NCBI GenBank assembly: GCA_963748015.1
Contig: CAVVHE010000004.1
Location: forward strand, 2,016,001 to 2,080,000
Length of the DNA stretch: 64,000 nucleotides
Reading direction: 5' to 3'
From: Terriglobia bacterium
GTDB lineage: Bacteria; Acidobacteriota; Polarisedimenticolia; Polarisedimenticolales; JAIQFR01
Position numbers and translations under genes: made by a program. Positions 10,610-19,790 of this stretch are shown here, piece by piece (positions within the stretch are counted from its first letter, which is position 1; the number at the start of each line of letters is the position of its first letter). The notes under the pieces are model-generated. The model was not told the origin of the DNA. It did not search any database and saw nothing but the letters and a program-made list of their open reading frames with translations.

Positions 10610-13252
10610 TCAGCCGCCGACGGTCAAGATCCCCCTCAACCGGATGTCCCGCGACGACGCCCCGATCATGATCCGGAACTCGCCGGGCTCCACGACCGGC
10701 CTGAGGTCCTTGTCGAGCATGCTCAACATCTCGGGGGCGAGGGTGAAGCTCACCTCTCGCGTCTCGCCCGGTTCGAGACGAACGCGCTGGAACCCCTTCA
10801 GCTCGGTCACCGGGCGCGCGACGGATGCCACCTCGTCGTGGACGTAGAGCTGGACGACCTCGTCCCCCTCCCGCGAACCAGCGTTCCTGATCTTGAAACG
10901 GACCGCCGTCGAATCGCCGGGTGCGACCCGCTGCCGGTCGAAAGTCAGGTCGCTGTACTCGAACGACGTGTAGCTCAGCCCGAAACCGAACGGGAAGAGA
11001 GGCTGACCCGTCAGGTCCCCGTAATCGTCGCCGCGGCCGGTGGGCTTGTGGTCGTAGATCAGCGGCAATTGCCCTTCTTCGACCGGGAACGTGATCGGGA
11101 GGCGTCCCGCCGGGTCGTAGTCCCCGAAGAGCACGTCGGCGATCGCGTTGCCCCCCTGCTCGCCGGGATACCAGACGTCCAACACCGCCGGTACCTCGTC
11201 GAGCCATCCGCCCATCGTGACGGCGCTGCCCCCCACCAGGACGACGACGACGGGCTTCCCCGTCCCGGCGACCCGGCGGATCAGCTCCGCCTGCCGCCCC
11301 GGAAGACCGAGCCTGGCCCGGTCGGAGAACTCGCCTTCCTCGATTCCCACCGCGACGACCGCGGCGTCGCTCTGCCGGGCAAGGGTCACGGCCTCGTCCA
11401 TCTCGGCCTGCCCTCCGGACGGAACACCGACGTTCCACACGAGCCGGATCGACCCGCCGCCGGCCGGCTCGAAGAACTCGACGCGAATGCCGTACTCCTT
11501 GTCCTCTAGGAAGTCGCGTTCCGCCAGGACCGCCCGCCCCGAGACCTTCCTCCAGCTGTCGACGACCGGCTCGCCGTCGATGTAGAGCCGGAACCCGTCG
11601 TTCCCCTCGAGTCCGATCTTGAACCGGCCGGACGCCGGGACCCTCAGTCGCCCCTTCCAACGCACCGAGTAGCAATCGCGCGGCAGCCTCTGCGGATCGG
11701 GAGACTCCAGTGTCCAGCGGAAACGGAGCTCGGGATCCACCCTCGTCACGACCGGCGACCCGCTCAGGCCGATGTTGTCGAAGTACTCCCCGACGAGCCC
11801 GGGTTGCGACGCGCCGTCGGGTCCGCTGGACAGGAACTCACCGGGCACGGCCACGTACTCGGCGTGGCCCCGGTCGCAGCCCCTCGCGTGAACGACCCGC
11901 GCCGAGCCGCCGATCGCGTTCCGGATGCCCTCGAGAATGGAGACCCGTCGCAAGCCCTTTCCGCTGTAGCCGCCCAGGCGGGCCTCGTCCGCATCGGGTC
12001 CGAGGACCGCGATCGTCCCGATGCTCTTCCTCAGGGGGAGGATCCCGCGCTCGTTCTTGAGCAGGACGACGGACTCACGCGCCGCCTCGCGGGCCAGACG
12101 GATGTGGGACTCCTCGCCGGCGGAGGGCAGGGCCTGCGCCTCGTCGACGTACGGCTTCTCGAACAACCCCAGCTCGAATTTCGCCCGAAGGACCCGCGAG
12201 ACCGCGCGATCGATCGTCTCTCGATCGATCCGTCCCTCCTGGACCGCCCTGAAGAAGAGCGGGAACTGCTCGTACGACGTCTGGAAGATCACGTCCAGCC
12301 CGCCGCGGAGAGCTCGCTCGGTCGCGTCGGCGTAGTCCTTCGCCGTTCGGTGGAGGACGTTCGCGCCGCCGACCGCGCCGGAGTCGGACACGACGAATCC
12401 CGGGAATCCCAGCTCGCCCTTGAGCAGCCGGTCGACGAGCCAGGCGTTGGCCGTGCAGGGCGTCCCGTCGAGGGAGTTGTACGACGTCATGATCGATCGA
12501 GAGCCCCCACGAAGGACGCACGCGCTGAAGGGCGGCAGGTGGACCTCACGGAGAAGCCGCTCGCTGAACTGGATCGGGTAGCTGTCGCGTCCTCCGTCGC
12601 CCACGTTCGCGATGAAGTGCTTGGGGGTCGTGATGACGCCGAGCTTCTCGAACTCCGACACGAACGCCACTCCCATTTCCGACGTCAGGTGCGGATCCTC
12701 CCCGTACGTTTCCTCGACCCGTCCCCATCGAACGTCCCCGGCGACGTTCACGACGGGCGACAGGACCTGGCGGACGCCCTGCCTCCTGCACTCGCGCGCG
12801 ATGGCGGCGGAGACCCGGTGCACCAGGGACGTGTCGAACGTCGCCGCCAGCGCGATCGCCTGGGGGAAGACGACGGCGTCCTCCTGAACGAGCCCATGGA
12901 CCGCCTCGTCGAACAGGATGACCGGTATGCCGAGGCGCGTCTCCTCGACGAAGTGGCGCTGGATGGCGTTCGCCCGGGCCGCCGATCGCCCCTGTCCTCC
13001 GGATGCGCCGAGCTGGAAGCCGAACGCGCCGTGGGCGTACCGCGGGAGCGACCCGTCGAGGCGCGTGGACAGCATGAACAGCTGCCAGAACTTCTCCTCC
13101 GGCGTCATGCGCGAGAGCAGGTCCCGCACGCGCTCCTCGACGGGAGCATCGGCCTTCTTGTACACGGGCGTCGCGGGCGGACCGGCGCAGTCGAGAAGCG
13201 CGGCGACCGCGAGGAGGCACGCAGGGAGGTCCCGGAAGCGCACGGAGGTCAC
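10610..13252 (-). CDS. GH3 beta-glucosidase/xylosidase with PA14 insertion and Fn3-like C-terminus
   Basis: RWGRVEETYGEDP, KHF, FVVSD nucleophile motif, ESVVLLKN, PA14-like YSVRWKG, GDEVVQLY...ELKGF. GTGA overlap with the fucosidase stop. Confidence 0.93.
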   Translation of the reverse strand: MTSVRFRDLPACLLAVAALLDCAGPPATPVYKKADAPVEERVRDLLSRMTPEEKFWQLFMLSTRLDGSLPRYAHGAFGFQLGASGGQGRSAARANAIQRHFVEETRLGIPVILFDEAVHGLVQEDAVVFPQAIALAATFDTSLVHRVSAAIARECRRQGVRQVLSPVVNVAGDVRWGRVEETYGEDPHLTSEMGVAFVSEFEKLGVITTPKHFIANVGDGGRDSYPIQFSERLLREVHLPPFSACVLRGGSRSIMTSYNSLDGTPCTANAWLVDRLLKGELGFPGFVVSDSGAVGGANVLHRTAKDYADATERALRGGLDVIFQTSYEQFPLFFRAVQEGRIDRETIDRAVSRVLRAKFELGLFEKPYVDEAQALPSAGEESHIRLAREAARESVVLLKNERGILPLRKSIGTIAVLGPDADEARLGGYSGKGLRRVSILEGIRNAIGGSARVVHARGCDRGHAEYVAVPGEFLSSGPDGASQPGLVGEYFDNIGLSGSPVVTRVDPELRFRWTLESPDPQRLPRDCYSVRWKGRLRVPASGRFKIGLEGNDGFRLYIDGEPVVDSWRKVSGRAVLAERDFLEDKEYGIRVEFFEPAGGGSIRLVWNVGVPSGGQAEMDEAVTLARQSDAAVVAVGIEEGEFSDRARLGLPGRQAELIRRVAGTGKPVVVVLVGGSAVTMGGWLDEVPAVLDVWYPGEQGGNAIADVLFGDYDPAGRLPITFPVEEGQLPLIYDHKPTGRGDDYGDLTGQPLFPFGFGLSYTSFEYSDLTFDRQRVAPGDSTAVRFKIRNAGSREGDEVVQLYVHDEVASVARPVTELKGFQRVRLEPGETREVSFTLAPEMLSMLDKDLRPVVEPGEFRIMIGASSRDIRLRGILTVGG

Positions 13253-14706
13253 TCGACCGCGAACCTGAACGCCCACGCGTGCGCGCACGGCGGCTTGGAC
13301 CTCACGGCCGCGGGCACGCGGATGACGAATCCCCTTCCGCTCTTCTCCCACGGCACGGGCTTCTTGGCCCCGAGCATCACGACCGCGCTCCCGGGCTTCG
13401 GAGCGAAGGAGGAAACGCGTATCGTCTCCGGAGGCTTGACCTCGTTCTCGTCGGCCAGGTAGATCGCGTTGATGGATCCGTCCGGCATGCGCGTGAACCG
13501 CAGCTTTCCCTCCGCGTACGGGGCGATCGCGCGCGTCGAGTAGATGGCGTTCCCGTTGACCTTCATCCACTCGCCCATCGCTCGCAGGCGCTCGAGAGAC
13601 GTCGGCGGCAGGTCGCCCTCGGGGCTCGGCCCGATGTTCAGGAGCAGGTTGCCCCCCTTGGAGACGATGTTCACCAGCGTCTGGATCAGCTGGTGCGGGG
13701 ACTTGTAGACGTCGTCCGGCACGTAGCTCCACGACGTCGCCATCGTCATGCAGGTCTCCCAGGCATGGTCCGGCGGCTCGTCCGGGATCTCCTGCTCGGG
13801 CGTCCGGTAGTTCTCGTACCTTCCGCCCACCGCGCGGTCCACGATGATCAGTCCGGGCTGCAGCGAGCGCGCCATCACCGCGATCGCCGGCATGTCGATG
13901 TCCTGGCCGGGGGACCTCTTGCCCTCTCCCGGCGAGCCCGGCCGAGCCGGCCGTACCCAGCCACCATCGAGCCAGAGGATGTCCACGGCGCCGTAGCCGC
14001 TCATCAACTCCCGGATCTGGTTGAACGTGAACTTCTTGAACGCTTCCCACTTCTGCGGGTACCTCCCGATGTCGTAGTTCACGTTGCGGTCGAAGGGCGG
14101 GAAGTACGGCCACCAGTAGTCGGACGAGTGCCAGTCCGGCTTCGAGAAGTAGGCGCCGACGCCGAAGCTGCGCCGGCGGAACGCGTCGAAGACCTCTTTT
14201 GCGATGTTGCTCCTGGGGTTCGATGCGAAGGGGCATTGCACGTCGGTGACCCGGTAGTCGGTCTCCCTCGTGTCGAACATGCAGAACCCGTCGTGGTGCT
14301 TCGTCGTGAAGACGACGTAGCGCATCCCCGCGTCCCGCGCCGCCTTCGCCCATGCGTCGGGGTCGAACCGGTGCGGGTTGAAGGTGGTCTTCAGGTTCTC
14401 GTACGCGCGCCGGTATTCGTCGTAGCTGCCCGCGTGGGGGCCGCGCCGGCGGCACCATTCCTCGTCCTCGGGGCAGATGCTCCAGCTCTCCACGACGCCC
14501 CACTGACTGTACGGCCCCCAGTGCAGCAGGAGTCCGAACTTCATATCCTGAAACCACTCCAGCTTCTTGAGGACGAGGGGATCGGTCTCCCTGTCGGTCG
14601 ACGCGGGCGGCTCGGCCGGCGTCGGGGCCCACAGAATGGCGAGCAGCGCGACGAGGGCGAGTCGAAGCGCGAGCCGCGTCTCGCGTGAGGACGTCCGGTG
14701 GGCCAT
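13249..14706 (-). CDS. Alpha-L-fucosidase (GH29)
   Basis: KFGLLLHWG, TTKHHDGF, ILWLDGGW, WETCMT, GGNLLLNIGP; signal peptide. Confidence 0.93.
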   Translation of the reverse strand: MAHRTSSRETRLALRLALVALLAILWAPTPAEPPASTDRETDPLVLKKLEWFQDMKFGLLLHWGPYSQWGVVESWSICPEDEEWCRRRGPHAGSYDEYRRAYENLKTTFNPHRFDPDAWAKAARDAGMRYVVFTTKHHDGFCMFDTRETDYRVTDVQCPFASNPRSNIAKEVFDAFRRRSFGVGAYFSKPDWHSSDYWWPYFPPFDRNVNYDIGRYPQKWEAFKKFTFNQIRELMSGYGAVDILWLDGGWVRPARPGSPGEGKRSPGQDIDMPAIAVMARSLQPGLIIVDRAVGGRYENYRTPEQEIPDEPPDHAWETCMTMATSWSYVPDDVYKSPHQLIQTLVNIVSKGGNLLLNIGPSPEGDLPPTSLERLRAMGEWMKVNGNAIYSTRAIAPYAEGKLRFTRMPDGSINAIYLADENEVKPPETIRVSSFAPKPGSAVVMLGAKKPVPWEKSGRGFVIRVPAAVRSKPPCAHAWAFRFAVE

Positions 14707-14847
14707 GGGGAAGCCCCTCCGCGGAGCGAGCGTTCCGTCGAGTACGGAAGCCGTGGCGCGGCGGGCATCGTACGCCGCGAATCGGCAGGGACTCAACCCC
14801 TGGGAGAGCCCGCACGGCCGCCGTTTTGGCCGCCGGGGGCCCGAGGC

Positions 14848-14875
14848 TTGAGTCCTGTCCCACCTGTGCTAATAT
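14848..14875 (+). promoter_or_regulatory. Putative sigma70 promoter for tRNA-Asp
   Basis: TTGAGT, 16 bp spacer, TAATAT with extended -10 TG, about 95 bp upstream of the tRNA. Confidence 0.5.
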
Positions 14876-14969
14876 CACTCGGTTCCGGTGAGCTTTGCCC
14901 ACCGGACGGTGCCCCCGGGCCTCCGCGGTCTCGAACGAACGGAAGTCCTTTGGGCACATCGCATTATGC

Positions 14970-15047
14970 GGGGCCGTAGTGCAGCTTGGTTAGCACACCG
15001 GACTGTCACTCCGGAGGTCGCGGGTTCGAGCCCCGTCGGCCCCGCCA
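14970..15047 (+). tRNA. tRNA-Asp (anticodon GTC)
   Basis: Acceptor GGGGCCG/CGGCCCC, anticodon arm CCGGA-CTGTCAC-TCCGG, T-arm GCGGG-TTCGAGC-CCCGT, encoded CCA. Confidence 0.97.
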
Positions 15048-15171
15048 ATTCATCACGACATCACCCAACTTGATAGATAATCCCCATCCAGGTCCATCGG
15101 GGCTCGCACTGGATAGGATCGCACCCCTCCGCGGTGCGGCTTCATTCCCGCTCGCTGCGCTCGCTATTGCC

Positions 15172-15196
15172 GGTTCGAGCCCCGTCGGCCCCGCCA
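15172..15196 (+). repeat. tRNA-Asp 3'-end copy 1 (25 bp)
   Basis: GGTTCGAGCCCCGTCGGCCCCGCCA is identical to the tRNA 3' end. Confidence 0.92.
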
Positions 15197-15390
15197 AACA
15201 TCGCGTCATCACGCACCGTTAGGGCTGGTCCTCCTCAGGCGGGCTCTCCACAAGACCCGCGTTGACGTCAATCCCACGATCGGCGTATAGAGTGCGCATT
15301 CGCAAGGGGGCTACAGGTTGAACGACCTGTCCCAATCTCGGGGGTGACTCTGGATCAGGGTCTGGGGCGACAACTCGCCGAGGGGCATCC

Positions 15391-17955
15391 ATGAAGAACA
15401 GCGTCACCGCTCGAATCGTCCTGAGTCTCACTTTCGGCGTTCTGTCGGCCTGGCCGGCAACTTCGGGGCCTCGCGCAGAGACGCGAGAGACGTTCGACCA
15501 ACGGATCGATGCGGAACTGAAGGGACTCGACCCGGAGGCCTTGGTCCTCTTCCGCCAGGCGAACGAGGCGCGCGGGCGCGAGGATCACGCGAAAGCCGCC
15601 GAGCTCTACGCCGAGGTGCACCGCCGCGTTCCCGGCTTCAACCACGCGCTGCGCCGCCAGTGCGGAGAGGAGATCCTCCTGCGCCGGCGCGACGCGGCGG
15701 TCAAGCACTGCAGGTCTGCGATGCAATCCGAGAGATCGCCCGAGAACCTGGCGGCGCTGGCCGCCGCGCTACTCGCTCCGTCGCTCGTCGGGACCGCCGA
15801 GCTGCCACCAGTAAGAGACGATCGACTCGAGGCCCTGAACCTCGCGACCGAGGCGGCATCGCAGAAGACGGATGACGTCTTCACCCAGTCGATCTACTGT
15901 TGGTCCGCGATCGCGTCGGAGCATTTCGAGCACCTGAAGCAATGTGTCGGGAGGCTCGAGGCGATCGGATCGGCCGGGCTGCCAGCAAACTACTTCGCCA
16001 CGATCGCCGCCTTGGCCGAGGGGCGCCTCGGTGACGCGCGCGCGTCCGCCGCGAGGGCGAGGGAACTGGGTCTCCCGGAGGAGACGTACCGCTCCCTGCT
16101 CGACAACATCGAACGTGCCGAACCGCTGTCCCGCCGGATCGGCAGACGCGCCTTGATCGTCGGAGGGGCATGGATCGCCGGCCTAGTCGCGCTGCTCGTC
16201 GTCGCCTGGCTTCTGAGCGTGGCGACGCTTCGAGCGACCCGCACTGCACCCTTGACGCCGAGAGGCGAGGAGCGCGGCGCCGAGGCGATGTTGCGCCGCG
16301 TGTACCGTGCGGTGTTGTGGCTCTGCTGCGCCTACTACTACGTTTCGATCCCGGTGGTCTTCGGCGTGGTGCTCCTGGCAGGCGGCGGCATCCTCTGGGG
16401 CATGCTCTACGTGGGACACATGCCCGTCAAGCTGCTGGTAATCGTAGCGGTCATCACGCTTGCGACGCTTTGGGCCATCCTCAGGAGCCTGTTCGTCCGG
16501 CGACGCGACGAGGATCCCGGCCCCCGCCTCGATCTCTCGCGGAATCCCCGGCTCGGAAGCGTCCTTCAGGAGGTCGCGGGCGCGATCGAGACGCGCAACG
16601 TGGACGCGGTCTTCATCACTCCCGGCACGGACATCGCGGTCTTCGAGCGAGGAGGTCTTCTCCGGCAGATGGCGGGACAACAGAAGCGCTGCCTGATCCT
16701 GGGCGCGGGCGCGCTCGAGGACATGAAGCTGCTCCCGTTCAAGGCGATCCTCGCTCACGAATTCGGTCATCTGCGCAACAAGGACACGGCGGGAGGAGGA
16801 TTTGCCATGGCGGTCCGCCGGTCTCTACTCACCATGGCGCAGAACATAGCGGCGGGTGGGGCCGCGGGATGGTTCAACCCGGCGTGGTGGTTCGTCAGCG
16901 GATTCTACCGCGTCTTCCTCAGGATCTCGCAGGGGGCATCGCGGCTCCAGGAGATCCTGGCGGACCGCTGGGCCGCAGCGAAATATGGAGCGGCCGCCTT
17001 CGAAGCCGGGCTGCGCCACGTCATCGAGCGCTCGATCCGCTTCGACGCTCACGCCAACGCGACGCTCAGCGAGGTGGTGAAGAGCAAGGCCCAGTTGCCC
17101 AATCTCTACCGCCACCGGCCTGAATCGTCGCCGCCCGAAGCGGACATCGCTAAGGCCCTTGAAGAAGCCCTGAGCCGCAAGCCGTCGCCCTACGACAGCC
17201 ACCCCTCGCCTCAGGACCGCTTCGAGGCGGTTCGCCGGATGGAATCCGCCGGACTGCCACCAGCCGTGTCCGTCACAGAGCAGGATGCCCTCGCATGGAG
17301 CCTCTTCGAGAGCCGTGAGGAGATCGAGACCTCGATGACGGCGCTCGTGAGAAAGAACGTTCTTGCGCTTCACGGCGTCGAGATTCCATCCGGTTCACCC
17401 GAAGCGAACGCGGAGAATACGCAGACGCAGAAACCGATGCTCGACTCGCGCGAACTTGAGGAACATTACCGGAACCTACCCAACGAGAAGATCGAGCGGA
17501 TCTGCCTGTACGAGACGCGTCACCTGCGACCGGAGGTCCTTCCGGTTCTCCGGGCGGAGGTGGTCCGCCGCGGACTCTCCAAAGAGCTGGTGGACGCCAT
17601 CGAAATCGTCGCCCACGGTCTCTCCCGGGACGAGTACGACGCGGTCGTCGCGTGGTTTCGGAAGAGACCGTGTCCCCTCTGTGGGCGGCAGGAGGACATG
17701 CTGAACGCGTGTTTCGAGGAGTCAGTCCGGAGCGCGGGGATCGTCTTGCAGAGGACACAGGTGGCGGTCGTGGGCTGTCCGAGCTGTCTCATGACGCGCC
17801 TTCGCGGACCGGCCGCCGCGAGCAAGGATCCCCTGGCCCTGGAGGAGGCACGTAAGGCCGGACCTTCCATGGCGCTCCTGGAATACGTCCGTGCCAATAT
17901 CGTCCTGCTCGCGCTGGAACGACGTCGAACTAGCACGGCCGGCGAGGCACTCTGA
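15391..17955 (+). CDS. TPR-containing M48 (HtpX/Ste24-like) membrane metallopeptidase with C-terminal CxxC..CxxC domain
   Basis: Signal peptide, helical TPR-like region, TMs, AHEFGH (HExxH), EILADRWA, SHPSPQDR; C-terminal CPLC and CPSC. Confidence 0.85.
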   Translation: MKNSVTARIVLSLTFGVLSAWPATSGPRAETRETFDQRIDAELKGLDPEALVLFRQANEARGREDHAKAAELYAEVHRRVPGFNHALRRQCGEEILLRRRDAAVKHCRSAMQSERSPENLAALAAALLAPSLVGTAELPPVRDDRLEALNLATEAASQKTDDVFTQSIYCWSAIASEHFEHLKQCVGRLEAIGSAGLPANYFATIAALAEGRLGDARASAARARELGLPEETYRSLLDNIERAEPLSRRIGRRALIVGGAWIAGLVALLVVAWLLSVATLRATRTAPLTPRGEERGAEAMLRRVYRAVLWLCCAYYYVSIPVVFGVVLLAGGGILWGMLYVGHMPVKLLVIVAVITLATLWAILRSLFVRRRDEDPGPRLDLSRNPRLGSVLQEVAGAIETRNVDAVFITPGTDIAVFERGGLLRQMAGQQKRCLILGAGALEDMKLLPFKAILAHEFGHLRNKDTAGGGFAMAVRRSLLTMAQNIAAGGAAGWFNPAWWFVSGFYRVFLRISQGASRLQEILADRWAAAKYGAAAFEAGLRHVIERSIRFDAHANATLSEVVKSKAQLPNLYRHRPESSPPEADIAKALEEALSRKPSPYDSHPSPQDRFEAVRRMESAGLPPAVSVTEQDALAWSLFESREEIETSMTALVRKNVLALHGVEIPSGSPEANAENTQTQKPMLDSRELEEHYRNLPNEKIERICLYETRHLRPEVLPVLRAEVVRRGLSKELVDAIEIVAHGLSRDEYDAVVAWFRKRPCPLCGRQEDMLNACFEESVRSAGIVLQRTQVAVVGCPSCLMTRLRGPAAASKDPLALEEARKAGPSMALLEYVRANIVLLALERRRTSTAGEAL

Positions 17956-17967
17956 CAAAAGAAGAGA

Positions 17968-18113
17968 CTGACTTCCAGAATCCTTACGAAGGCATCCACG
18001 GTCTTCTTGTCGGCGCTGAAGGCCTCGAACGTCATGTCCTGCACATAGCCCTCGATCGACTCGACCGCGTCCACGATGTCTTCGCGTCGGTAGAGCCAGT
18101 CCCCAGGCGTCAC
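17968..18113 (-). pseudogene. Truncated HepT (HEPN/DUF86) toxin
   Basis: DWLYRREDIVDAVESIEGYVQDMTFEAFSADKKTVDAFVRILEV matches the DUF86 N-terminus; similarity stops before the RxxxxH motif. Confidence 0.75.
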
Positions 18114-18392
18114 GGATGGCCTCGCTCAGGATCCGTTCCCGCAGCTGCGCATTGAGAGCGTCGGCGCCACCAGATCGACCCACGCGCCAAGGAGGCCTTC
18201 GAGGAAGCGCTTGAGCCGCACGAAATGGAACAGGCCGACGGGCTCCGAGAATTCGACCAGGATGTCCACATCGCTTCCGTCTTGTGCCTCATCCCGGGCC
18301 ACCGAGCCGAACACCGAGATCGAGGAGACCCTGAAATCATCGAGCTCGGTCCGATGGCTCGAAAGTCGCTCGAGAACCTGATCCCGTCTCAT
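18101..18392 (-). pseudogene. MntA minimal nucleotidyltransferase antitoxin, frameshifted near 18165
   Basis: FGSVARDEAQDGSDVDILVEF (GSx10DxD); the C-terminus DALNAQLRERILSEAIR is in another frame. Confidence 0.8.
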
Positions 18393-18425
18393 GTTGTCAC
18401 CCCGAAGGCGGTGTTCCGTAATGCC

Positions 18426-19655
18426 TTATCGCGCATGGGCCATATCGAGAGGACGATCCATAGGTGGCACGCGCCTCGCTCGCGATGACGCGGACACTTG
18501 ACCGCGGTGCCGAGGGTACGCAGATCGTACGCAAGCGGGTGGAAACGGTGGACAGAAATCAGGGCGCCGCCCCAAGAAAACCTTGAAACGGCGCCCCCTT
18601 CTTAACGTTTTGTCGCTCCGGAGGTCGCGGGTTCGAGCCCCGTCGGCCCCGCCACTGCCTTGGATGAACGGGTCCCAGGCGGCGATCGCCGCGAAGAACT
18701 CGGGCGCCTGGCTCGGAACGTCCTTGAATTCCTGAGGGCAGATACCGTTCTTCTGCACGAAGCCGTGGCTTCCGCGCGGCACGACGACGATCTTGGCGCG
18801 CTTGTTGCCGCCCGCCTCCAGTCCCTTTTCGAGGAGCGGGATGTTGCCTTGCGGCTCCACCAGGGAATCGTATTCGCCGTATACGGCCAGGAGCGGACAC
18901 TTGATCCGGGCTGGCACGTTCTCGGTCTCGGGGTCGTAGTCGATGATTCGGCTCAGTGGGCCGAACTTGGCGAACCGGGAAACGGTGCCGAGGAGATCGA
19001 GCTTCGTGCGCAGCCACTTGGACTTGCGGGCAACCTTGGCCTCCGCGATCCCGGAGCAGCGCCATTCGTTCGCTTGGTCGTCGATGATCTGCTGCTTGAC
19101 GCTGATGTTCGGGCCGGCCAGGATGACGGCAAAGGCGATTCCCGCCGGGTCCTCGGCCGCCGCCAGTTGAACGATCCAGCCTCCTTGGCTATGCCCGCAT
19201 ACGCCGACACGAGCCGGATCGATGTCAGGGCGTGCCCGCAGGTACCTTACCCCTGCGATGGCGTCCTCCGCGCGGTCCCGAAAGGTCTGCGTTTCCCAAT
19301 GGCCGCCCGACCGGTTGACGCCCTTCTTCTCGAGGAGAAGAACGGCATAGCCCTTGGCCAGGAAAGACTCGCTGATGTTCTTCCACAATGGAAACGCTCC
19401 CGGCTTCCAGGAGCTCCGGTAGGAGTAGCTCCCAGAGCCGACGATCATGACGACGCCGGGAACGGGCGCCGTCGTCGCATCTGGCTTGAGGAAGCTCGCC
19501 GCAAGCGGGGTTCCCTGGCTGGTCAATAGAACCTCCTCGCCGATGGGGATCCCCTCGTCGATCATGGCGTGCCGGGGCGCGGTAATGATCAAGCCGGCGA
19601 CGATAAGCGCCGCGAGCACCAACAGCGGAATGAGCCTCCTTCTTCTCATGATCAT
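18426..19655 (-). CDS. Secreted alpha/beta-hydrolase (S9/S15-like); reads through the att repeat
   Basis: N-terminal signal/TM, GHSQGG nucleophile elbow, GEYDSLV, GSHGF. Globular part ends near 18660. Confidence 0.85.
   Translation of the reverse strand: MIMRRRRLIPLLVLAALIVAGLIITAPRHAMIDEGIPIGEEVLLTSQGTPLAASFLKPDATTAPVPGVVMIVGSGSYSYRSSWKPGAFPLWKNISESFLAKGYAVLLLEKKGVNRSGGHWETQTFRDRAEDAIAGVRYLRARPDIDPARVGVCGHSQGGWIVQLAAAEDPAGIAFAVILAGPNISVKQQIIDDQANEWRCSGIAEAKVARKSKWLRTKLDLLGTVSRFAKFGPLSRIIDYDPETENVPARIKCPLLAVYGEYDSLVEPQGNIPLLEKGLEAGGNKRAKIVVVPRGSHGFVQKNGICPQEFKDVPSQAPEFFAAIAAWDPFIQGSGGADGARTRDLRSDKTLRRGRRFKVFLGRRPDFCPPFPPACVRSAYPRHRGQVSASSRARRVPPMDRPLDMAHAR
18510..18654 (+). repeat. attR-like module A: arm-like region plus tRNA-Asp 3' half (18611-18654)
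   Basis: 27 bp CCGAGGGTACGCAGATCGTACGCAAGC shared with 19791; 44 bp tRNA copy with 1 mismatch. Confidence 0.88.
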
Positions 19656-19790
19656 GGATCGCCTCGTCGATTGTCGTTTTCATCCATGAAATACGCCCTG
19701 GCCGGTACGAGCGTTCCCTGCAAACCGCTCCCCCATCGATGAGTCAAGAGCGCCCTTGCGTCACCGATTACGGCTTGCTGCTGACTTGGC

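Noticed and set aside
10610..14959. 1449-aa giant GH3 and similar upstream-extended ORFs (760-3570, 8889-11675, 26699-28510, 36540-38588, 46073-48274)
   Set aside because: The N-terminal parts are Arg/Pro-rich off-frame readings of the neighbouring gene; real starts lie at stop/start overlaps or RBSs.
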